Shown here piece by piece: positions 1 to 13,169 of a stretch of DNA of 64,000 nucleotides (the stretch's first letter is position 1; every line of letters starts with the position of its first letter). The notes beneath the pieces were generated by a model. It saw only the letters and a list, made by a program, of their open reading frames with translations. It did not search any database and was not told the origin of the DNA. Origin of the DNA: Octopus vulgaris (taxonomy: Eukaryota); the NCBI GenBank assembly GCA_951406725.2, contig OX597816.1, forward strand, positions 10,602,001 through 10,666,000, given 5' to 3'. A program made the translations under genes and the position numbers.

Positions 1-606
1 GCATATTTCAGGAGTTGTTGCTGTTTCATCAAGAGTCAATGTTCTAAATACTACAGAAAATTTGTAGAGATACACACAAAAACGAAAACAATGCACTGCT
101 AACACAAGTAGGACACAATATTGACTTACAAACCTTTAATATATCTGACAGTATATTATGGTTTCAAAATGAAATATGGAGTCTCTATCAGCAATATGTA
201 TGTACCAGTTTCTAGGAATGTATTCAATATGTGAAATTGGTCTATCCAATAATTTTACACTGCTAAACTTAGTTGCTATTTAAGCAATGTGTTTATGAGT
301 GATTAATGGATTCGATGTGGTGCTGAAGAAGCAGCAATAACTCCTGAAACATGCATATACACCCTTGACTTATTTTCTATCTTCGATTGCGTTGTTTACA
401 TAGATATATTCATATGCGAAAAGTCATAACTTTTCACTTTCAGTGCTGGCTCTAAATTCTATAGAAAATCTTTAGAGATTCACTTAGAAATGAAAAATAA
501 TGCACTGCTAACACAGAGTAGAATGCAGTATTCACTTAAAAACCCTTTAATAGACTTGGTAATGCATAATAGTTACAAAACGAAATACAGTGTCTCTACC
601 AACAAT
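1..606. mobile_element. Degenerate Penelope-like relic with direct repeats and two inverted hammerhead-like motifs
   Basis: ~90-196 repeats at ~498-606 (aatgcactgctaacac...gtctcta). 1-33 is approximately the reverse complement of ~323-354 (CTGAAGA agcagcaataactcct GAAAC). Confidence 0.4.
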
Positions 607-617
607 TAATATATAAT

Positions 618-832
618 GTGACCTCGTGTGTACTGTTGGCGATTTTTTTTACCTCTGTCTTCCCTTCTCTGGATCTTTCCTTCTCCTATGTTTCCTTCTC
701 CTATGTTTCCTTCTCCTATGTTTCGAAACGTTAAACCCTCCTTCTTCCCTTCTTTCCTGAGCGTCCAATAATACTATATTTGTTCCACGTCCCCGCGTTG
801 TGATTTTTTGTGTTTTCTTGTTTGGATTAACT
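618..832 (+). mobile_element. Short non-autonomous Penelope-type repeat; hammerhead core replaced by 3x15-bp tandem
   Basis: Inverted homolog at 48212-48418. tttccttctcctatg x3 at 676-720 precedes GAAACGTTAAAC. Confidence 0.5.
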
Positions 833-1087
833 ATATATATATATATATATATACACGTGTGTGTGTGTGTGTGTGTGTACACACACACACAGACAGAGGA
901 TGAGCTTTTTTAAAGGTTCCATCATAAGACTTTGGTCTGCCTGGGATTATAGTAGAAGACACCTAAGCTGGCATGGAGTGGGAAGGAACATGAAACCACG
1001 TGGGTGGGAGGCAGACTTTCTAGAAATGGACACAAACATAAAAACAAGCAAGCATGCATGTATGTATGTATAGATACCTAACACTTG

Positions 1088-1389
1088 TACTCCGTCTGTT
1101 ATGATGATCAATGAAACAACCTGCTCGTGAAATTAACGTGCAAACGGCTGGGCACTTCACAGACGTATGTACCCTTAATATAGTTCTCAAAGAGATTCAG
1201 TATGACACAGGAAGTGACAAGGCCAGTCCTTTGAATTACCGGTACTACTCACTTTAGCTAATTAAGTGAACTGGAACAATGTAAAATAAAGAATCTTGCT
1301 CAAGGACACAAAGCACCACCAGGAATCGAACACAAGACCTTACGATCATGAGACGAATCCCCTAACCCACTAAGTCACGCGCCTTCACT
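1088..1389 (-). mobile_element. tRNA-derived SINE (family D)
   Basis: Minus strand reads gtgaaggcgtgacttagtggg...gttcgattcc...gtgtccttgagcaaga (A/B boxes). Homologs at 21480-21785 and 34342-34640. Confidence 0.75.
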
Positions 1390-2124
1390 CTATATGCATA
1401 CATACACTGGAAAAAAGATATGCATTAAGTCTAGCAGATTCAGAAATGTACTGTGTAATGGTATTAGGATGAATATATTTACCGTAATGCATAGTGGAAC
1501 GCATTGAGAATGATTGGAAAATAAGTTCAATAATAGAGCTATGAGGTGGAAAGCAAGAAGAAATATTAGCAATGGTAGAATGAGTAATGTATTATATGGA
1601 GAGAAATAAAGCAAAAATAAGAAGAAACATAATTTTTGTTGTTTTCTTTCTTCATACAAATGAACAGATAATTGTATGTAGAATGGTAAATGGTAAATAA
1701 AAATGGTATCATTGCAGTACAGTAATGAACACAGAAACTAAAGTGAAAGGGAAAAAAAATGTATATCAAAATGCATGCATACATACGTACGTACGAACAT
1801 GTATATATGTGTAAAGGGATATGTGTTTGTGCATGCATAAGTATGTATATGTGTATATATATATATATGTATATATATGTATGTATGTATAACCATATAT
1901 AAAACCAACCAAACAACAATGAAAACTACAAAACCCAACCCAGTGAAAAACTTAACTTCCAGCTATAAAATATGCCAATTGCAACTCACAGAGAAATCCG
2001 TCAATCCCTTAAATTTGCAATAAACGGATAGAAGAATAAGCTATAAATTAAATGCATACATATATATACATACATATAAACATACATGCACGCACATATA
2101 TTTATACATATACATATATATATT

Positions 2125-2157
<33 letters not shown>

Positions 2158-2984
2158 ATACACACATATATATATATATGAAAAGAAAATGAAAAGGTTA
2201 TATATACGTTGAATTATTTCAAAGTGTAGGATTTTTTTTTCTTTTCCGTATTTTACATTTTACTCTTCTTTTTCTTTGAATTCAATCATGAACAAATTTC
2301 TCTGAAGAATTCCCCAGATTTCTTTCTCAAAGAAAATGAAGAAACAATGCACAAAATAATTCTCTTTCTTCATCAACATGAAAGATACACCATTTTATTA
2401 TTATCATTATTATTATTATTATTATCCATTATTAGCTTTATGGTGTACTGGACTGGCAGAATCATTGGAGCACTGGAAAAAATTGCTTTAGGTATTTGTT
2501 CCAATGCTTTATATACTGAGTTCAATCCCTGATGATGTCAAAGTTGTCTTTCATTCTCCAGCATTAATAAAGTAGCGTATTTGTGAAACATTTACTCTTT
2601 GCCTTCAAAATTGCTGGCCTTGTTCCAAAATTATCATCATCATCTTGATTATCATTCCGTGGTCAATTTTGCCTTTCATCCTTTCGGGGTTGATAAAATA
2701 AGTACCAGTGATACACTGGGGTCGATGTAATCTACTAGTTCCCTCTCTCCAAAATTCCAGGCCTTGTGCCTTTAGTAGAAAGGATTATTATAATCATTAT
2801 TATCATTATTATTATTATTATTATTATTATTCCGAGGTCGATTTTGCCTTTCATCCTTTCGGAGTTGATAAAATAAGTACCAGCTGAATACTAGGGCCGA
2901 TGTAATCAACTTACTTCCTCCCTCAAAATTTCAGGCCTTGTACCTTTAGTAGGAAGGATTATTATTATTATTATTATTATTCAG

Positions 2985-3595
2985 CAGTCTGATTTTCATC
3001 ATGTGCTTTCACTGCTCTACTGAGCACAGCTCTCTGTGTCTTAAGTATGTGCTGTGGTTTGATGTGGTGATCTTATTTTCACTGTATTGAAAGTGTTTTA
3101 CATAGGATGTTTGCATTGCCTAGTAGTGCTATTTTCTGTATGTTGTATAAATTTGTAAGTCCTGATGTTTTGGTTATGTATTTGTCAGAATGTCTTTAAT
3201 TATACATAATGCACGTATTATTATTATTATTATTATAGGGATTGCTTCTGTTTTTAGGTTCTTCATTTGGGTTACTTCTATTTCCAAATCTTTGTATTTT
3301 GGGAGTTTTTCTATTTCTTTTAGAGATATATTGCCATATGTTGATATTGATACATTGATTAGAAAGCATTTTTTCTTGATCTCTGATAACTATATCTGGT
3401 CTATTAGCCTTGATTTCTCAATCTGTATGTATTGGCATATCCCAGAATATGGCTGCTTTGTCATTTTCTGGGATGTGCCTATACCATCTTTTTTCTGTTG
3501 TCATTCGATAGTATTGTTATAGCTGCCAGTGTATATAGGTCCCAACTCTGCCATATCTGTGGATATATTCCTTCTTAGCCAAGCTTCCCCACCAC
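2985..3595 (-). mobile_element. R4/Dong-type non-LTR retrotransposon 3' fragment (restriction-like endonuclease)
   Basis: Minus translation gives YIHWQL...AIFWDMPIHTD*EIKANRPDIVIRD...KYKDLEIEVT...IQKIALLG; adjoins (TTA)n. Confidence 0.85.
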
Positions 3596-4814
3596 CTCAT
3601 ATTCTGCAGTTATTACTATTATGGTTGAAATGCTTAGCGGCATTTAGGCCGACTCTTTCAACCTTTTGGGGGTCGATAAAATTAGTACCAGTTATGCACT
3701 GGGGTTGATGTAATCGACTTAATCCCTTCCCCAAAATTTGAGGCCTTGTGTTTCCAGTATAATAACCATTATAATCATTATTATTATTACTATTATTATT
3801 AAGGAGGTGAGCTTGCAGAACTGTTAGCATGCTGAGCAAAATGCTTAGCTACATTCTGAGTTCAAATTCCACCAAAGTCGACTTTGTTTTTCATCCTTTC
3901 AGGGTCGATAAATTAAGTACCAGTTGAGTACTGGGGATGATCTAATCAACTTGTCCCCTCCCTTACCAAACTTCAAGCCTTGTGCCTATAGTAGAAATTA
4001 TTATTATTATGAGTGGCGAGCTGGTAGAAGCATTAGAGCATCTGACAAAATACTTAGCGACAATTCATCCGTCGTTACTTTCTGAGTTCATATTCTACCC
4101 AGGCCGACTTTGCTTTTCATCCTTTTGAAGTCAATAAAATAAGTACCAGTTGAGCATTGGGGAACAATGTAATCGACTTACTCCTTTCCTTTGCTGACAA
4201 AGTGCAAAAAAAAAAAAATTTGAAGCCATTATTATCATAATTTGGAGGTAGCGAGCTGGCAGAATTGTTAGCAAGCTGGGCAAAATGCTTAGTGGTACTT
4301 TGTCTGTCATCACGTTCTGAGTTCAAATTCCACCGAAGTCAACTTTCCCATTTATCCTTTCAGTGTCAATAAATTCAGTACCAGTTGCATACTGGGGTTG
4401 ATCTAATCAACAAGTCCCCTCCACAAAAATTTCAGGCTTTCTGCCAAGAGTAGAAAGGAAGACTTAGTGGCATTTTATCTGTCTTTACATTCTGAGTTTA
4501 AATTCTGCTGAGGTCGACTTTGCCTTTCATCCTTTCATGGTTGATAAAATTAAATACCAGTTACGTACTGGGGTCGAAGTGATCGAGTGGTCCTCCCTCC
4601 CCTCAAAATCCAGGCCTTGTGCTTATAGTAGAAAAAATTATTATTATTATTATTATTATTATTGTGTTCGAAGTTGTTTTTATTGTTGTTGCTGTCATAG
4701 TTGCTGCTTATTTTATTGAAGTTCATTATAGATTCCATCCATTCATCTGTCCAACAATCTTATCCCTCCAGTCAGCCAGTCTCCCCTTCCTCACACCACT
4801 CTTTCATTCACATA

Positions 4815-5018
4815 CTGCCTTACTGGACCCTGTGCTGGTGGCATGTAAAAAGCACCCACTACACTCTTGGAGTGGTTGGCATTAGGAAGGACATCCAGCT
4901 GTAGAAGCTCTGCCAGGCCAGATTTGAGCCTGGTACAACCGCTGGCTCTCCAGACCTCAGTCAAACCGTCAAACCCATGCCAGCATGGAAAATGGATGTT
5001 AATCGATGATGATGATGA
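4815..5018 (+). mobile_element. (GAT)n-tailed repeat (3' UTR fragment of RTE-type LINE)
   Basis: gagtggttggcattaggaaggacatccagctgtagaa...catgccagcatggaaaatggatgttaatcgatgatgat; many copies in the window. Confidence 0.75.
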
Positions 5019-5639
5019 TATATATATTTTTTCTATTCTCAGTACCAAGGCTCAAAATTTTGGGGGAAGGGACCAGTCAATTAGATTGACCCCAGTACAC
5101 AACTGGTACTTAATTTATTGACCCTCAAAAGGATGAAAGGCAAAGTTGACATCAGCGGAATTTGAACTCAGAACGTAAAGACAGACGAAATACCGCTAAG
5201 TATTTCGCCCGGCATGCTAACGTTTCCGCCAGCCTGCTGTCCTTTTCGATACTCCAATATTCTTTTCTACTCTAGGCACAAGGCCCAAAATTTTTGGGGA
5301 GGGGGCCAGCCGATTAGATTGACCCCAGTACACAACTGATATTTAATTTATCGACTCCGAAAGGATGAAAGGCAAAGTCAACCTCAGCAGAATTTGAACT
5401 CAGAGCATAAAGACAAACGAAATACCTCTAAGCATTTCACCCGGTGTGCTAATGTTTCTCCCAGATCGCTGCCTTATACACATATACATACATTGGAATT
5501 TGTTCTGCATATGAAGACTTGCGTTCAACATATCTCCCAATTTACATGGCACCAAGAATAACCACAGAAATGAAATCATTTATGAAAAGGGATTTTTGTA
5601 AAAAATGATAGAAAAATAAAATATAGAATATATAAAGGG

Positions 5640-6005
5640 AGCAGAACAATCATAACAACAACAGTATCTACAATAGCAACACAAACAACAAGAATAACAT
5701 CGGTAACATTAAAGACAGCAACTGCTAAACAAACAGAGAAAATAGAAGGAATACAACAACATGAACAACAACAACAATCACATGGCAAACAAAAACAACA
5801 ACAAAAATATAACAACAAAACAACAAAAATAACAGAAGCGACAACAAAAACAGAAACTATTAAATGAATACAGAAAACCGAGAGAACATTTGAATGAGAC
5901 AATAACTGCAACAACAACAAAAACAAATGTTGCAATGCAAGAATAATGTCAACAACAACAAAAGCAACACAGCAATAAATTTATCAGCGCAACAATAACA
6001 ACAAA
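5640..6005. repeat. Degenerate (CAA)n low-complexity tract
   Basis: Directly visible. Confidence 0.8.
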
Positions 6006-6128
6006 AAAATTGTTAAACAAATAAATCTCCATTCAAGGGGAATATTTTCATTCATTTCATCGTAGCCAAAATTCCCTATATTCCTCACTCTTGGAGATTT
6101 CTCGGTTGTCGGTGTAGCAGACATTTAA

Positions 6129-6144
6129 CCAATAGATGGCAGCA
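6129..6144 (+). promoter_or_regulatory. Candidate CTCF-like motif
   Basis: CCAATAGATGGCAGCA, one deviation from CCASYAGRKGGCRSY, in a non-repetitive island. Motif match only. Confidence 0.3.
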
Positions 6145-6620
6145 TTCTCTAGATAATCAGAAACATTCCTTCACAATTTTTGCCATTGAATTTCATTGAT
6201 CTCCTTATTTTCCCGATCGATTATCTTCAAGCCTCAGTTTAACATCTCAAACCTTTCCTTTCTTTCTCTCGTTTTGTTTTCTCCATTTTTCTTTGTGATT
6301 ACATTGCAACTGTTGTTTCAGGGACGTTTTCCCAAAAGGACCATGCTGCTGCTGGTGGTGGTGGTGTTTCTTCAAGCCCCAGGCAAGTCCTCATTGAGCA
6401 GACCGTATCATCAACATCACCATTGTCATCACCATCATCATAATCATCATCATGATGTGGTGTCTGTTTTTCCATGCTGATGAGAGTTGAATAGTCTGAC
6501 ATGATCCGATGAACCAAAGGACTGTGGAACTACATCAAGCTCCGACTGTCTACTGAGGGTGGATGGTCTCTATGGCTGGAAACCCATCCTAACACCAATC
6601 ACTTTCTGTCTCTATCATTT

Positions 6621-6661
<41 letters not shown>

Positions 6662-6667
6662 ATATAA

Positions 6668-6751
<84 letters not shown>

Positions 6752-6822
6752 TTTGCTCTATTTACATAATATTGAGGTCTCTTTCTTTCTTTTGTTATCT
6801 TACCGTTTTTACCAATATATAT

Positions 6823-6985
6823 GGGCATGGCTGTGTGGTTAGGGAGCTTTCTACCTAGCTACATGGTTTCGGGTTCAGTCCCACTGTGTGGCACTTTGGG
6901 TAGGTGTCTTCCACTATAGCCTTGAGCCGACCGGAGCTTTGTGATTGAATTCGGTAGGTGGAAGATACTGCCGTGTGTGTATGTG
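6823..6985 (+). mobile_element. tRNA-derived SINE family A (CORE-like), 5' half
   Basis: ggcatggctgtgtggtt...gggttcagtcccactgtgtggcactttgggtaggtgtcttc. Confidence 0.75.
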
Positions 6986-7052
6986 TGTGTATAGCTGCTC
7001 AGTGCCTCTCCGAAAGAGAGAGAGGGATATATATAGATATATATATATATAT

Positions 7053-7338
7053 GTCATTGCCAGTGCTGCTGGACTGGCTCCTGTGCAGGTGTAACACGTA
7101 AAAACACCTTTTCAGCGTGGTCGTTACCAGAACTGCCTGACTGGCCTTTGTACCAGTGGCACATAAAAAGCACCCATTACATTCTCGGAGTGGGTGGCAT
7201 CAGGAAGGGCACCCAGCTGTAGAAACTTTGCCAGATCAGATTGGAGCCTGGTGCAGCCATCTGGCTCACCAGTCTTCAGTCAAACCGTCCAACCCATGCC
7301 AGCATGGAAAGCGGACGTTAAACGATGATGATGATGAT
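7053..7338 (+). mobile_element. (GAT)n-tailed RTE 3' UTR repeat with internal ~60-bp hairpin units
   Basis: Same family as 4815-5018 with extra upstream units. Confidence 0.75.
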
Positions 7339-7399
7339 CAACTTAAAAAATTTATTAGAAGAAACAAACAGAAGATCTGATGAAATGAATGCACTGGAA

Positions 7400-7840
7400 A
7401 CCATACTTAGCTGACATAACCTCAACCAATGCCCTTAGTGATCATAAGTATGATTTTATGAAAAGTGCTTGTTACCCCAACATCACAACAAAATAACAGA
7501 ATATTTAGAAAGCATTAGTTTTGAGAAGATGAAGGAGGCAACATTTCGTTCTTAAATGTATACATTTAAAGGGCACTAAAAAAAAAAGATGAAAGAGTGT
7601 TTAAATTCCCTGAGAAAATATTTGTTCATTCTGACAGGGTACAAATTTGCTATGATACTCGTGTTCAAACATGATGCAAACTAAATGTCAACAATATCAC
7701 AAGCGAAAACAGAAAAGCAAAGTATCGTATAAATAAATGCTCAACTACACAGTACTTCTATGTTTCCTCTATTTTGTAATGAAAGTTTTAGTAGGGCCGA
7801 AAAGCAGAAAGACGAAAACTTGTTATAACAACAATGTTAA
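7400..7840 (+). pseudogene. Highly degraded Pif1-like/Helitron helicase C-terminal fragment
   Basis: ECLNSL, then one frame from 7625: FILTGYKFAMILVF...ISQAKT...FSRAEKQKD. Colinear with EFLNSL / RQFPVRLAF..KSQGQT / LYVAxSR. Stops present. Confidence 0.4.
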
Positions 7841-8119
7841 AACTTGATATTCATTGATGTTATGAAATGCACCCCTCACCACCACACATATATATATATT
7901 TTTCATATCCATACATACACATATACGTATATGTAAATATAAGCATATATTCTTTTATTCTTTTACTTGTTTCAGTCATTTGACTGCGGCCATGCTGGGG
8001 CACTGCTTTTAGTCAAGCAAATCGCCCCCAGGACTTATTCTTTGTAAGTGTAATAATTATTCTATTGGTCTCTTTTGCTGAGCTGCTTTTCATCTCCCAT
8101 TTTTCTTTTTTCTGGTTTT

Positions 8120-8872
8120 ATATACATATATACATACATATATATATATGTATACATAATTATATATACATGCATATATATATATATATACATATATACA
8201 TACATACATACACATACATACATACATACATATATATACATACATACATATATATATATACATACATACATATATATACATACATACATATACATACATA
8301 CATACATATACATACATACATACATATACATACATACATACATATACATATACATACATATATATATATACATACATATACATACATATACATACATACA
8401 TACATATACATACATACATACATACATATACATACATACATATATATATACACATACATATACACATATACATACATACATACATACATATACATACATA
8501 CATATATATATACACATACATATACACATATACATACATACATACATACACATACATACATATATATATACACATACATATACACATACATATATATATA
8601 TACATACATACATATATATATATACATACATACATATATATATATACATACATACATATATATATATATACATACATATATATATATATACATACATATA
8701 TATATATATACATACATATATATATATATACATACATACATATATATACATACATACATATATATACATACATACATATATATACATACATACATATATA
8801 TATATATACATACATACATATATATATATACATACATACATATATATATATACATACATACATATATATATA
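8120..8872. repeat. Compound (TACA)n/(TA)n microsatellite
   Basis: Directly visible; source of the spurious YIHT/MYVC ORFs. Confidence 0.95.
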
Positions 8873-8874
8873 TT

Positions 8875-11272
8875 GGGACGTAGTCAGTCCTCCTGTGCAT
8901 ACCTTCCTTCTTGTGACACTTATGAAGACCTGTTGAGGCAAGTGAAAATCAAATCAAAACAAATCAAAATAGATGAACATCAGTGGAATTGTATTCTTTG
9001 TGGTACCAGTGCCGGTGGCACACAAGAAAACCACCCAAACGTGGCCATAGCCAGTACCGCATCGACTGGCCTCCGTGCTGTGGGCACAACAAACACCATC
9101 CGATCGTGGCCGTTCGCCAGCCTCATCTGGCACCTGTGTCGGTGGCACATAAAGGCACCATCCGAAGACCCGGCGACGTAGTCAGTCCACCTGTGCATAC
9201 CTTCCCTCTTATGACACTTGTGAAGACCTGTTGAGGCAAGTGTGTGACACTTGTGAAGACCTGTTGAGGCAGAGGCAAGTGTGTGACACTTGTGGAGACC
9301 TGTTGAGGCAAGTGTGTGACCCTTGTGAAGACCTGTTGAGGCAAGTGAAAATCAAATCAAACCAAATCAAAATAGATGAACATCAATGGAATTTGTATCT
9401 TTGTGGTTCCAGTACCGGTGGCACACAAGAAAACCATCCGAACGTGGCCGTAGCCAGTACCGCATCGACTGGCCTCCGTGCTGTGGGCACAACAAACACC
9501 ATCTGATCGTGGCCGTTCGCCAGCCTCATCTGGCACCTGTGTCGGTGGCACATAAAAACACCATCCGAAGACCCGGCGACGTAGTCAGTCCACCTGTGCA
9601 TACCTTCCCTCTTATGACACTTGTGAAGACCTGTTGAGGCAAGTGTGTGACACTTGTGAAGACCTGTTGAGGCAGAGGCAAGTGTGTGACACTTTGTGAA
9701 GACCTGTTGAGGCAGAGGCAAGTGTGTGACACTTGTGGAGACCTGTTGAGGCAAGTGTGTGACACGTGTGACACTTGTGAAGACCTGTTGAGGCAAGTGA
9801 AAATCAAACCAAATCAAAATAGATGAACATCAATGGAATTTGTATCTTTGTGGCTCCAGTACCGGTGGCACACAAGAAAACCATCCGATCGTGGCCGTTC
9901 GCCAGCCTCATCTGGCACCTGTGTCGGTGGCACATAAAAACACCATCCGAAGACCCGGCGACGTAGTCAGTCCACCTGTGCATTCCTTCCTACTTATGAC
10001 ACTTGTGAAGACCTGCTGAGGCAAGTGTGTGACACTTGTGTAGACCTGTTGAGGCAAGTGAAAATCAAAAATCAAAATCAAATCAAATCAAATCAAAATA
10101 GATGAACATCAATGGAATTTGTATCTTTGTGGTACCAGTACCGGTGGCACACAAGAAAACCATCCGAACGTGGCCGTAGCCAGTACCGCATCGACTGGCC
10201 TCTGTGATGTGGGCACATAACAAACACCATCTGATCGTGGCCGTCCGCCAGCCTCATCTGGCACCTGTGTCGGTGGCACATAAAAACACCAACCGAAGAC
10301 CCGGCAAGACTAGTCAGGCCATAACCCATGGCCCCTACTTGGGACGTAGTCAGTCCACCTGTGCATACCTTCCTTCCTTCTTGTGACACTTGTGAAGACC
10401 TGTGAAGACCTGTTGAGGCAAGTGAAAATCAAATCAAATCAAATCAAAATAGATGAACATCAATGGAATTTGTATCTTGTGGTACCAGTGCCGGTGGCAC
10501 ACAAGAAAACCATCCGAACGTGGCCGTAGCCAGTACCGCATCGACTGGCCTCCGTGCTGTGGGCACGCAACAAACACCATCCGATCGTGGCCGTTCGCCA
10601 GCCTCATCTGGCACCTGTGTCGGTGGCACATAAAAACACCATCCGAAGACCCGGCAAGACTAGTCAGGCCATAACCCGTGGCCCCTACCTGGGACGTAGT
10701 CAGTCCACCTGTGCATACCTTCCTTCTTGTGACACTTGTGAAGTCCTGTTGAGGCAAGTGAAAATCAAATCAAATCAAAACAAATCAAAATAGATGAACA
10801 TCAATGGAATTTGTATCTTTGTGGTACCAGTGCCGGTGGCACACAAAAAATCATCCGAACGTGGCCGTAGCCAGTACCGCATAGACTGGCCTCCGTGCTT
10901 TGGGGACGTAACAAACACCATCCGATCGTGGCCGTCCGCCAGCCTCATCTGGCACCTGTGTCGGTGGCACATAAAAACACCATCCGAGCGTGGCCGTCTG
11001 CCAGCCTCGTCTGGCACCTGTGTCGGTGGCACATAAAAACACCATCCGAGCGTGGCCGTTCGCCAGCCTCGTCTGGCACCTGTGTCGGTGGCACATAAAA
11101 TCACCCACTACACTCTCGGAGTGGTTGGCGTTTGGAAGGGCATCCAGCTGTAGAAACACTGCCAGATCTGACTGGCCTGGTGCAGCCTTCGGGCTCCCCA
11201 GACCCCAGTTGAACCGTCCAACCCATGCTAGCATGGAAAACGGACGCTAAATGATGATGATGATGATGATGA
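8875..11272 (+). repeat. Hierarchical tandem array (six ~300-400-bp units) ending in a (GAT)n-tailed RTE 3' end
   Basis: gacgtagtcagtcc recurs at ~8877, 9176, 9578, 9960, 10344, 10693. Nested 30-36-bp and ~60-bp subunits plus (AAATC)n. Confidence 0.9.
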
Positions 11273-11396
11273 TACATATATATATATACATACATACATA
11301 CATACATATATACATACATATATATATATATACATACATATATATATACATACATACATATATATATACATACATATATATATACGTATGTGTGTA

Positions 11397-11442
<46 letters not shown>

Positions 11443-12186
11443 TACATAGATATATATATCCCTCTCTCTCTCTTGGATAGGCACCTACACACACGGCAGT
11501 AACTTCCACCTACCAAATTCAATCACAAAGCTTCAGTTGGCCCGGGGCTATAGCAGAAGACACTTGCCCAAAATGCCAGGTGGTGGGACTGAACCCAAAA
11601 CCATGTAGCTAGGAAGCAAGCTCCTTAACCACACGGCCATACACATACACACGAATGTATGCATGTATATAAATGTGCATTCGTGTGTGTGTCCCCTTGT
11701 CATGACGTCACATGATGGTTGTCAACAAGTTTCACCAGCATACGAGTGATTTCATTTGTCATTAGTCTCCTGTGAAAAACAGGTCCAGCCATGAGAAAAT
11801 ATTACCTTGCTTGGAAACAGGTAACAGTCTGGCAACAGTAAAAGCATCCGTTAGTGGAAAATCTACCTGAACGAATCCCGTCTGATCTACAAAAGCATGG
11901 GGAAAGTTGATGTTACAACGATGTTAACAATCACACTGATAATGATGACGATCGTGATGACGTATCGAGTTTCTTTATTCGTGCCGCTGCTTAGTTTCAC
12001 GTCTCTGTTTTCTCGGGTGACTGGTTATACCGTGCTTGATGTTTATAAAACTGTAGGTCCATTTGCTCAGTCCTTGCAGAAAAAGCAAATTACCTACAAA
12101 AAAACCCATGTTTTAAAGATGAACATGTAAATAAATAAACATGTTACTAACCCTGGATATAAATTCAGCAACACAGAGCTTTGGAT

Positions 12187-13110
12187 TAGAGGAAGTGTTT
12201 GCAAAGACTGCATGCTGGGATTTTCTTTGATCATCACTGGTAGGGTAGCTTTGCTTTCTGGATGTGTGTACATGTGCATGCATGTGTGTGTGTGTGTGTG
12301 TGTGTGATGGAGTTTTATGAATATTTTATCTTTTAATGATTGTTTAGTGTGAATGCTTGATGTGAATTCTAATTGGAAGAGGCTAAGTGATTCTATTGAT
12401 CATCATTTCAATTGGAGGATGGGGGAGAAAGAGAAAGTGATAGGAAAAGAAGAATCATTCTATGAAAGTTGGAAATATATAGAGGTCATAGAGGGGCTGA
12501 CCTTGAGGAATGGTGTATTGTTTGGTAGGTGATGGATAATTAATGAAGGTGAGCTGAGGCATTTTGCAGCCAGCTGTGGTGATGACAGGTGGATTGAAGA
12601 AGAGACCTGATAAAAGAAGTGGGTAAAATAATGATGATGACGACGATAATAATAACAACAACAACAACAACAATAATGATAATAATAAAAATAATAATAA
12701 CAACAACAGTAATAATAATTATAATTTTAGCTCAGCATCACATTAAGGGTATGTGCTACTGCTTTACTCAATAATAATAATAATAATGATGATGATAAAA
12801 ATAATAATTAATAACAACAAAATAAAATAATGATAAAACCAATTTGGCAAAAAAAAAAACATATATGTATATTGATAGACAGGTGTGAATGTAAATAATA
12901 AAAACTAAATCTATGAGAAAATATATGAATATGAGGATGAATAATCAATAATCAATAAATCTAATCATAAAAGAAAAAAAAAATTGAGAAAAAAAAAACT
13001 AATAAAATATATCGTAGACATGACGATGTGTGTGGAGATGAGAGGTGAAGATGAATAAATATAAAAATGTATGAAAAATATCCTATGAATAAAAAATGGG
13101 ACTTGGTGGT
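12187..13110 (+). repeat. Left arm of a long inverted duplication
   Basis: Reverse complement of 16993-17760; blocks 12312-12422 and 12875-12979 are near-identical. Confidence 0.9.
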
Positions 13111-13169
13111 TAAAATAATAATAATAATAATAATACAGCTGATGATAATAATAATAATAATAAAATTGT

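Larger units (their letters stand above)
2440..5475. mobile_element. Cluster of about ten tRNA-derived SINE copies (family B, Meta-domain-like core) separated by (TTA)n
   Basis: Repeated gagctggcagaa...ctgagttcaaattcc...gactttgcctttcatcctttcggggtcgataaa..agtaccag...ggccttgtg. Plus-strand copies to ~4640, minus-strand copies 5030-5475. Confidence 0.85.

Noticed and set aside
8062-9181. Long ORFs of 246-368 aa (also 38327-39490, 35615-36334, 33637-34014, 54286-54862)
   Set aside because: Stop-free translations of microsatellites in several frames and on both strands.
10560-10770. Hammerhead, HDV-like or pistol ribozyme within the array monomer (CTGTTGA..GAAA; minus CAGATGA..GAAC)
   Set aside because: The required stems or core nucleotides could not be completed by eye.
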